Shown in pieces: positions 61,840-64,000 of a stretch of 64,000 nucleotides of DNA. The DNA is from Candidatus Marinacidobacterales bacterium. GTDB taxonomy: Bacteria > Acidobacteriota > Vicinamibacteria > Marinacidobacterales > DATDRI01. The notes below the pieces were generated by a model. It searched no databases. It was not told where the DNA came from and saw only the letters and a program-made list of their open reading frames with translations. The stretch covers positions 4,096,001 through 4,160,000 of the forward strand of contig CBDCNP010000002.1 of NCBI GenBank assembly GCA_965219415.1, in the 5' to 3' direction. A program made the position numbers and the translations under genes. The number at the start of each line of letters is the position of its first letter. Position 1 is the stretch's first letter.

Positions 61840-62052
61840 GGATATTCGAAAACAGTCGCACGAGCGAGCCCGTCGTGTCCAAAAATACAAACGAACTCAA
61901 GCTTCGCGCACCGGGCTTTCGGTTACCACCCTTCTGAGGGTGTGCCTCCTATTTATTCATCCGCGCGCACCGAACTTGATTAGTCTCCGGTCTGCCGGCT
62001 GTGCTCCGCAAAAACTCGATCCGTCGTTGATTTTGCAGTTTAGACCTGCCAG
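61840..62052. repeat. stack of mobile-element ends
   Basis: CGTCGTGTCCAAAAA (about 61872; also at 31243 and 44605), TGTGCCTCCTATTTATTCATCCGCGCGCACC (61941) and TGTGCTCCGCAAAAA (62000). Confidence 0.7.
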
Positions 62053-62225
62053 GATTGGCCGTTTCGCGGCGAACGGATGAAGTGACCCAATCGGTATGGT
62101 ATGGTCAAGTTATTGAAAACCTGGCTGACCGGCCCTCAAGATGATGGGCTTGAGTTCTGTCGTGAACCGGCCATGTTGGGGATCGGCCAGCCCGGTTCTG
62201 CTTAACTTTAACAATACCCCTGACT

Positions 62226-63452
62226 ATGCTCTGCCATATAGTCCTGCTGAGCCATTTGGCCCTTGTTCCTGCAGTATCCAGGACCCTCGAAGCCAACGAC
62301 GACTGGCCTCAATGGCGCGGTCGACAGCGCGACGGTCTTTCCCGTGATTCGAATCTACTCGACCAGTGGCCGGCCGGCGGACCGGAGCTCGTCTGGAAGG
62401 CCAGCGGGCTCGGCAATGGCTATTCGACTGTGTCGGTCGCGCGAGGCCGCATCTACACTCAGGGAGCCAGAGGTTCCCGCGAGTACGTGATCGCCCTGGA
62501 AGCGATCATGGGACGTGAGGTCTGGGCGAAGCCACATGGGCGGCGCTATCGCAACAGCCGAGGAGACGGACCGCGCGGTGCGCCGACGGTGGACGGCAAC
62601 CGGGTCTACGCACTCAGTGGAAGTGGCGATCTATCGTGCCTCGAAGCGGATACCGGAAAGATCGTCTGGTCGGTGAACCTTCTTGAGACCTTCCGCGGGC
62701 GCAATATCAACTGGGGCATCAGCGAGTCTCCCCTCGTTCTCGAGGACCGTGTCCTCGTCAACGCCGGAGCACGAAATGCCTCGATCGTGGCACTCGACAA
62801 GAGGGATGGCTCCCTACTCTGGAAAACGGCCAGCGACGAGGCAGGGTACTCCTCTGCGGTCCGAGCCAACATCAACGGTGTCGATCAGGCGGTTTTCTTC
62901 ACGGGCCAGCGTGGGGTGGGCGTTCGCATCAGTGATGGGCAAGTGCTCTGGTCATACCAACGCGTCTCCAACCGAACCGCCAACGTTGCCACACCGGTGG
63001 TGCGAGGCAACTACGTTTTCCTGTCTTCCGACTACGGTACGGGCTGTGCCCTGCTCGAGATCTCCGGGGGCGCGGAGCAAATAACAGCCCGTGAGGTCTA
63101 CTTCACCCGTGACATGCGCAACCACCACAGCAGCTCCGTTCTGGTCGGCGATACGCTCTATGGTTTCTCGAGCAGCCGTCTCCACGCTCTGAACTTTTGG
63201 ACGGGCGAGCTGGCGTGGCGTGACCGCAGCATCGGGAAGGGCTCTCTGGTCTTTGCGGACGGGCATTTGTACATCTTCAGCGAGAACGGAGTGGTGGGGC
63301 TCGTAGAGGCGACGCCGGTGGGGTACCGAGAGAAAGGTCGCTTCGAGATCCGAACCTCCAACAAGCCCACGTGGGCGCATCCGGTCGTGGCAAACGGCAC
63401 ACTCTACCTGCGCGACCAGGATACGCTTTACGCCTACGCCATCCGCAAGTGA
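62226..63452 (+). CDS. PQQ-binding-like (BamB-like) beta-propeller protein
   Basis: DWPQWRG, ELVWK...GYS, GPRGAPTV, SESPLV, YSS, TWAHPVVANGTLYLRD. Confidence 0.88.
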   Translation: MLCHIVLLSHLALVPAVSRTLEANDDWPQWRGRQRDGLSRDSNLLDQWPAGGPELVWKASGLGNGYSTVSVARGRIYTQGARGSREYVIALEAIMGREVWAKPHGRRYRNSRGDGPRGAPTVDGNRVYALSGSGDLSCLEADTGKIVWSVNLLETFRGRNINWGISESPLVLEDRVLVNAGARNASIVALDKRDGSLLWKTASDEAGYSSAVRANINGVDQAVFFTGQRGVGVRISDGQVLWSYQRVSNRTANVATPVVRGNYVFLSSDYGTGCALLEISGGAEQITAREVYFTRDMRNHHSSSVLVGDTLYGFSSSRLHALNFWTGELAWRDRSIGKGSLVFADGHLYIFSENGVVGLVEATPVGYREKGRFEIRTSNKPTWAHPVVANGTLYLRDQDTLYAYAIRK

Positions 63453-63479
63453 CTTGCTGGCACGGGTCGATATTCCTAA

Positions 63480-63689
63480 AGGTCGGTGGTCTCCATCATC
63501 ATCACACTCGACGCGCTGCTTGAGTCTGATCCGCTCGGAACGGCTGCGGGACTCCGCACCAGGTTACACCTCTGGCCCCTGAGTAGAGCCGACGCCGGCT
63601 CTTAAAACGTCCTACATGAAGACGACCAAAGCATCCTGGTTGCAGGCAGTTCGCCAATCTCATACAGATCGAGTTTATGGAAGGGACCA
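63480..63689 (+). mobile_element. right-end relic of the 59920-61172 element family
   Basis: VGGLHHHHTRRAA* plus about 165 nt matching the reverse complement of 59920-60085. Confidence 0.8.
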
Positions 63690-64000
63690 TCGGTAATCGT
63701 GATGGAGTGCACCAGGGATCGGCCTCGAGGCAACGGTGCACTAGGCAGCGTTTTGGTCTACCCGGATCGTCTCCGATCACCCCGGGCTGCGGCGCCTCGG
63801 CCGCTGAGTTCACGGGGTGAGACAAGGAAGGCTAGCCATGAAAATGGTTGTGACGGTATCTCTGTTGTTTCTTCTCGTTGCTGATGCGTTGATTGCCCAA
63901 GCTCAATCCAAAGGGGACGAGACGGACCCCTTCGTGGGGGCAACCATCATCGGTGAGAAGCAAGTGACCGCAGAGATCAGAGTTACCGACATTCCCGAGG

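Overview
GC-rich bacterial window, probably Acidobacteriota (Vicinamibacteria-like). This is inferred from the Oar-type TonB-dependent receptor, the kinase/TolB-propeller genes and the PQQ-like propeller, and is not proven. It is a mosaic of small functional modules: an M20 peptidase/DUF3604/sulfatase operon; proline racemase with a Na+/proline symporter; an ECF sigma, ZAS-vWA anti-sigma and giant membrane protein operon; a PilY1-like adhesin; DUF1501; an arylsulfotransferase; an amidohydrolase and TBDR pair; glnA; a tctCBA-MmgE/PrpD-SDR-tcuA cluster; an FAD oxidoreductase; and an LTA-synthase-like sulfatase. Between the modules lies a dense layer of mobile DNA: ISL3, two IS3, IS21, IS256, an IS5 relic, several rve-integrase elements and at least three MITE-like families whose ends are stacked inside one another. 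Many genes are truncated or frameshifted, and several frameshifts lie in homopolymers, so some are probably sequencing errors. Best signals missed by the ORF track: (1) a lipoprotein rhodanese whose catalytic Cys codon is an in-frame TGA followed by a SECIS-like hairpin (probable exported selenoprotein, 61281-61739); (2) an orphan CRISPR fragment caught between 94-bp mini-elements (57438-57538); (3) a 40-bp perfect palindrome inserted with an 8-bp target duplication (44072-44111); (4) an integron-type cassette with an attC-like site but no integrase (58354-58787); (5) a degraded Nmad2-like gene. No rRNA or tRNA genes were recognised.
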